Source: Bacillus subtilis subsp. subtilis str. 168
GTDB lineage: Bacteria > Bacillota > Bacilli > Bacillales > Bacillaceae
Direction of reading: 5' to 3'
NCBI RefSeq assembly: GCF_000009045.1
Contig: NC_000964.3
Location: forward strand, 1,323,732 to 1,363,731
Length of the DNA stretch: 40,000 bases
Each line of letters begins with the position of its first letter. The stretch's first letter is position 1. Of the stretch, positions 36,670 through 40,000 are shown one piece after another. The position numbers and the translations under genes were made by a program. A model generated the notes under the pieces. The model made no database searches. It worked only from the letters and a program-made list of their open reading frames with translations, and had not been told where the DNA came from.

Positions 36670-37494
36670 ATGAAATTGTACATGTCAGTAGATATGGAAG
36701 GTATTTCGGGTCTTCCGGACGATACCTTTGTGGATTCCGGCAAGCGGAATTATGAACGCGGACGGCTTATCATGACTGAAGAAGCAAACTACTGTATTGC
36801 TGAAGCGTTTAACAGCGGGTGTACCGAGGTGCTGGTCAATGACAGTCATTCGAAGATGAATAATCTGATGGTTGAAAAGCTTCACCCTGAAGCAGACTTG
36901 ATTTCTGGTGACGTCAAACCATTTTCAATGGTGGAGGGACTGGATGATACGTTTAGAGGCGCTTTGTTTCTCGGTTATCATGCGAGAGCCTCGACTCCTG
37001 GTGTCATGTCACACAGCATGATTTTCGGCGTCCGTCATTTTTACATAAACGATCGGCCTGTCGGTGAGCTTGGATTAAATGCATACGTTGCCGGTTATTA
37101 TGATGTCCCGGTATTAATGGTAGCCGGGGATGACCGGGCGGCGAAGGAAGCAGAAGAGCTTATCCCGAACGTGACGACAGCCGCAGTCAAACAAACCATT
37201 TCAAGATCCGCAGTGAAGTGCTTGTCGCCTGCGAAAGCCGGACGGCTGTTGACAGAAAAAACCGCATTTGCCCTGCAAAACAAGGACAAAGTCAAGCCGC
37301 TCACACCGCCTGACAGGCCAGTTCTGAGCATTGAATTCGCCAATTATGGCCAAGCAGAATGGGCGAATCTGATGCCGGGAACGGAAATCAAGACGGGAAC
37401 TACAACCGTTCAATTTCAGGCGAAGGACATGCTTGAAGCCTATCAGGCGATGCTTGTCATGACTGAGCTTGCGATGCGGACATCATTCTGCTAA
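36670..37494 (+). CDS. dppA: D-aminopeptidase DppA (DciAA)
   Basis: 274 aa; MKLYMSVDMEGISGLPDDTFV; RBS AAGGAGGAG. Confidence 0.96.
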   Translation: MKLYMSVDMEGISGLPDDTFVDSGKRNYERGRLIMTEEANYCIAEAFNSGCTEVLVNDSHSKMNNLMVEKLHPEADLISGDVKPFSMVEGLDDTFRGALFLGYHARASTPGVMSHSMIFGVRHFYINDRPVGELGLNAYVAGYYDVPVLMVAGDDRAAKEAEELIPNVTTAAVKQTISRSAVKCLSPAKAGRLLTEKTAFALQNKDKVKPLTPPDRPVLSIEFANYGQAEWANLMPGTEIKTGTTTVQFQAKDMLEAYQAMLVMTELAMRTSFC

Positions 37495-37510
37495 AGGGGT
37501 GTTTTAGGCT

Positions 37511-38437
37511 TTGGCGCGATACATGATAAAGCGTTTTTGGGCAATGGCAGCTACGATTTTGGTGATTACCACCCTGACTTTTGTTCTCATGAAGGTCATT
37601 CCCGGATCTCCTTTTAACGAGGAGAGAGGCACAAATGAAGCCGTTCAAAAAAATCTCGAAGCCTACTATCACTTAGACGATCCTCTCATTTTCCAATACA
37701 TTTTCTACTTAAAATCCATCATTACATTCGATTTCGGACCTTCAATTAAAAAACCGTCGGACAGCGTAAATGATATGCTGGAACGCGGATTTCCCGTTTC
37801 CTTTGAGCTTGGGATGACAGCGATTGTCATTGCTGTGATTTCTGGGCTGGTGCTGGGCGTAATCGCTGCACTCCGCCGCAATGGCTTTTTGGACTACGCC
37901 GCGATGAGTCTTGCAGTACTCGGCATCTCCATCCCGAATTTTATTCTGGCAACATTGCTCATTCAGCAATTTGCTGTCAATCTCAAACTATTTCCCGCTG
38001 CGACATGGACGAGCCCGATTCATATGGTGCTTCCGACCGCAGCGCTTGCTGTAGGGCCAATGGCGATCATTGCCAGGCTGACACGGTCGAGCATGGTCGA
38101 AGTTCTGACACAGGATTATATCCGCACAGCAAAAGCAAAAGGGCTTTCTCCGTTCAAAATTATCGTAAAACACGCACTCAGAAATGCACTCATGCCCGTC
38201 ATTACCGTCCTGGGCACACTCGTCGCCAGCATCTTAACAGGAAGCTTTGTCATTGAAAAAATCTTTGCCATTCCGGGAATGGGAAAATATTTTGTTGAAA
38301 GCATTAATCAGCGGGACTACCCCGTGATTATGGGAACGACCGTTTTTTACAGCGTCATTCTGATTATCATGCTGTTTTTGGTCGATTTGGCCTACGGTCT
38401 CTTAGACCCGCGCATTAAACTGCATAAGAAAGGGTGA
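37511..38437 (+). CDS. dppB: Dipeptide ABC transporter permease DppB
   Basis: 308-aa DppB/OppB family permease. Confidence 0.95.
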   Translation: MARYMIKRFWAMAATILVITTLTFVLMKVIPGSPFNEERGTNEAVQKNLEAYYHLDDPLIFQYIFYLKSIITFDFGPSIKKPSDSVNDMLERGFPVSFELGMTAIVIAVISGLVLGVIAALRRNGFLDYAAMSLAVLGISIPNFILATLLIQQFAVNLKLFPAATWTSPIHMVLPTAALAVGPMAIIARLTRSSMVEVLTQDYIRTAKAKGLSPFKIIVKHALRNALMPVITVLGTLVASILTGSFVIEKIFAIPGMGKYFVESINQRDYPVIMGTTVFYSVILIIMLFLVDLAYGLLDPRIKLHKKG

Positions 38438-38442
38438 AGCGT

Positions 38443-39405
38443 GTGAATCTCCCTGTACAAACGGATGAACGCCAGCCAGAACAGCACAATCAGGTGCCTG
38501 ATGAGTGGTTTGTCTTGAATCAGGAAAAAAATCGGGAAGCCGATTCGGTCAAGCGGCCGAGTTTGTCATACACGCAGGATGCCTGGAGGAGGCTGAAAAA
38601 AAATAAATTAGCGATGGCCGGACTCTTTATTCTTTTATTTCTTTTTGTCATGGCAGTTATCGGGCCCTTTTTATCGCCCCATAGTGTCGTACGCCAATCG
38701 CTGACAGAACAAAATCTTCCGCCCTCAGCCGATCATTGGTTCGGCACCGATGAACTCGGCCGGGATGTGTTTACCCGAACATGGTATGGCGCGAGAATCT
38801 CGTTGTTTGTCGGCGTGATGGCAGCACTGATTGATTTTTTGATCGGTGTCATTTACGGAGGCGTTGCCGGCTATAAAGGCGGCAGGATTGACAGCATTAT
38901 GATGCGGATTATCGAAGTGCTGTACGGACTGCCGTATCTGCTTGTTGTCATTTTGCTGATGGTGCTCATGGGACCGGGACTGGGCACGATTATTGTGGCG
39001 CTGACTGTGACCGGGTGGGTCGGCATGGCGAGAATTGTAAGAGGCCAGGTGCTTCAGATTAAAAATTATGAATATGTACTCGCCTCGAAAACCTTTGGCG
39101 CGAAAACCTTTCGCATCATCCGGAAGAATTTGCTGCCGAATACTATGGGAGCGATCATCGTACAAATGACATTAACCGTACCTGCCGCCATATTCGCAGA
39201 ATCATTTTTAAGCTTTCTCGGCCTGGGCATACAGGCTCCGTTTGCAAGTTGGGGCGTGATGGCGAATGACGGCCTGCCTACGATTTTATCTGGGCATTGG
39301 TGGCGCCTGTTTTTTCCGGCCTTTTTCATATCTCTGACGATGTACGCGTTTAATGTGCTGGGGGACGGATTGCAGGATGCGCTTGACCCTAAGCTGAGGA
39401 GGTAG
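38443..39405 (+). CDS. dppC: Dipeptide ABC transporter permease DppC
   Basis: OppC-family permease; GTG 38443 follows AAAGGGTG with normal spacing, GTG 38434 is the track alternative. Confidence 0.94.
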   Translation: MNLPVQTDERQPEQHNQVPDEWFVLNQEKNREADSVKRPSLSYTQDAWRRLKKNKLAMAGLFILLFLFVMAVIGPFLSPHSVVRQSLTEQNLPPSADHWFGTDELGRDVFTRTWYGARISLFVGVMAALIDFLIGVIYGGVAGYKGGRIDSIMMRIIEVLYGLPYLLVVILLMVLMGPGLGTIIVALTVTGWVGMARIVRGQVLQIKNYEYVLASKTFGAKTFRIIRKNLLPNTMGAIIVQMTLTVPAAIFAESFLSFLGLGIQAPFASWGVMANDGLPTILSGHWWRLFFPAFFISLTMYAFNVLGDGLQDALDPKLRR

Positions 39406-39409
39406 CTGT

Positions 39410-40000
39410 ATGGAAAAAGTTCTGTCAGTCCAAAATCTGCACGTGTCTTTTACGACTTACGGCGGGACGGTTCAGGCGGTCAGAGGGGTGAGCTTTGATT
39501 TGTATAAAGGAGAAACCTTTGCGATCGTCGGCGAATCCGGCTGCGGCAAAAGCGTTACCTCCCAAAGCATCATGGGCCTGCTTCCGCCTTATTCGGCGAA
39601 GGTGACAGACGGCAGGATTCTATTTAAAAACAAAGACCTTTGCCGTCTCTCTGACAAAGAAATGAGAGGTATAAGGGGAGCCGACATTTCTATGATTTTT
39701 CAAGACCCGATGACGGCGTTAAACCCTACGCTGACTGTCGGCGACCAGCTGGGGGAAGCGCTATTGCGCCACAAAAAAATGAGCAAAAAAGCGGCACGGA
39801 AAGAGGTGCTTTCCATGCTGTCATTGGTTGGTATTCCAGATCCCGGAGAGCGCCTAAAGCAATATCCCCACCAATTCAGCGGCGGTATGAGACAGCGGAT
39901 TGTCATTGCGATGGCGCTGATTTGCGAGCCTGATATCTTAATTGCGGATGAACCGACCACCGCCCTGGATGTAACCATTCAGGCACAGATTTTAGAGCTG
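39410..40000 (+). CDS. dppD: Dipeptide ABC transporter ATP-binding protein DppD (truncated at window edge)
   Basis: MEKVLSVQNLHVSFTTYGGTVQAVRGVSFDLYKGETFAIVGESGCGKSVTSQS with Walker A; AGGAGG RBS; open to the right edge. Confidence 0.95.
   Translation, partial: MEKVLSVQNLHVSFTTYGGTVQAVRGVSFDLYKGETFAIVGESGCGKSVTSQSIMGLLPPYSAKVTDGRILFKNKDLCRLSDKEMRGIRGADISMIFQDPMTALNPTLTVGDQLGEALLRHKKMSKKAARKEVLSMLSLVGIPDPGERLKQYPHQFSGGMRQRIVIAMALICEPDILIADEPTTALDVTIQAQILEL

Noticed and set aside
24452-40000. Search for an undescribed defence or biosynthetic island to the right of PBSX
   Set aside because: All sizeable genes correspond to known core B. subtilis loci (spoIIS, pit, ykaA, steT, mhqA, ykcBC, htrA, proG, dpp). 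No transposase, integrase, nuclease/helicase cluster or biosynthetic core enzyme was seen.

Overview
The window is recognisable as Bacillus subtilis-type chromosome. From about 1 to 24.5 kb it carries the late region of the defective prophage PBSX: xkdC 3' end, xkdD, xtrA, xpf, terminase, portal, capsid, contractile sheath and tube, tape measure, baseplate, tail fibre, and lysis genes through xlyA. Then come the spoIIS toxin-antitoxin locus, pit/ykaA, steT, mhqA, ykcB-ykcC, htrA, proG and the dpp operon (dppD truncated at the right edge). Gene identities come from recall of protein sequence and gene order, not a database search. I found no CRISPR array, tRNA, rRNA or transposase, and no convincing unknown defence or biosynthetic system. 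The most useful items beyond the ORF track are: (1) a textbook -1 slippery heptamer (A AAA AAC) just before the xkdN stop, opening a 60-codon extension (lambda G/GT-like); (2) an apparent non-canonical ATC start for the tape-measure gene xkdO, 61 codons upstream of the track start; (3) two unrelated 41-residue repeat families in XkdO; (4) short genes missing from the track (spoIISB, spoIISC, xkdX, a 48-aa ORF upstream of ykcB); (5) minimal ORFs (ATG-CAG-TAG, ATG-TGA) behind strong Shine-Dalgarno sequences upstream of xtmA and xhlA; (6) a CCCDCC motif and glycine-zipper segment in XkdO; (7) a perfect inverted repeat in front of mhqA.
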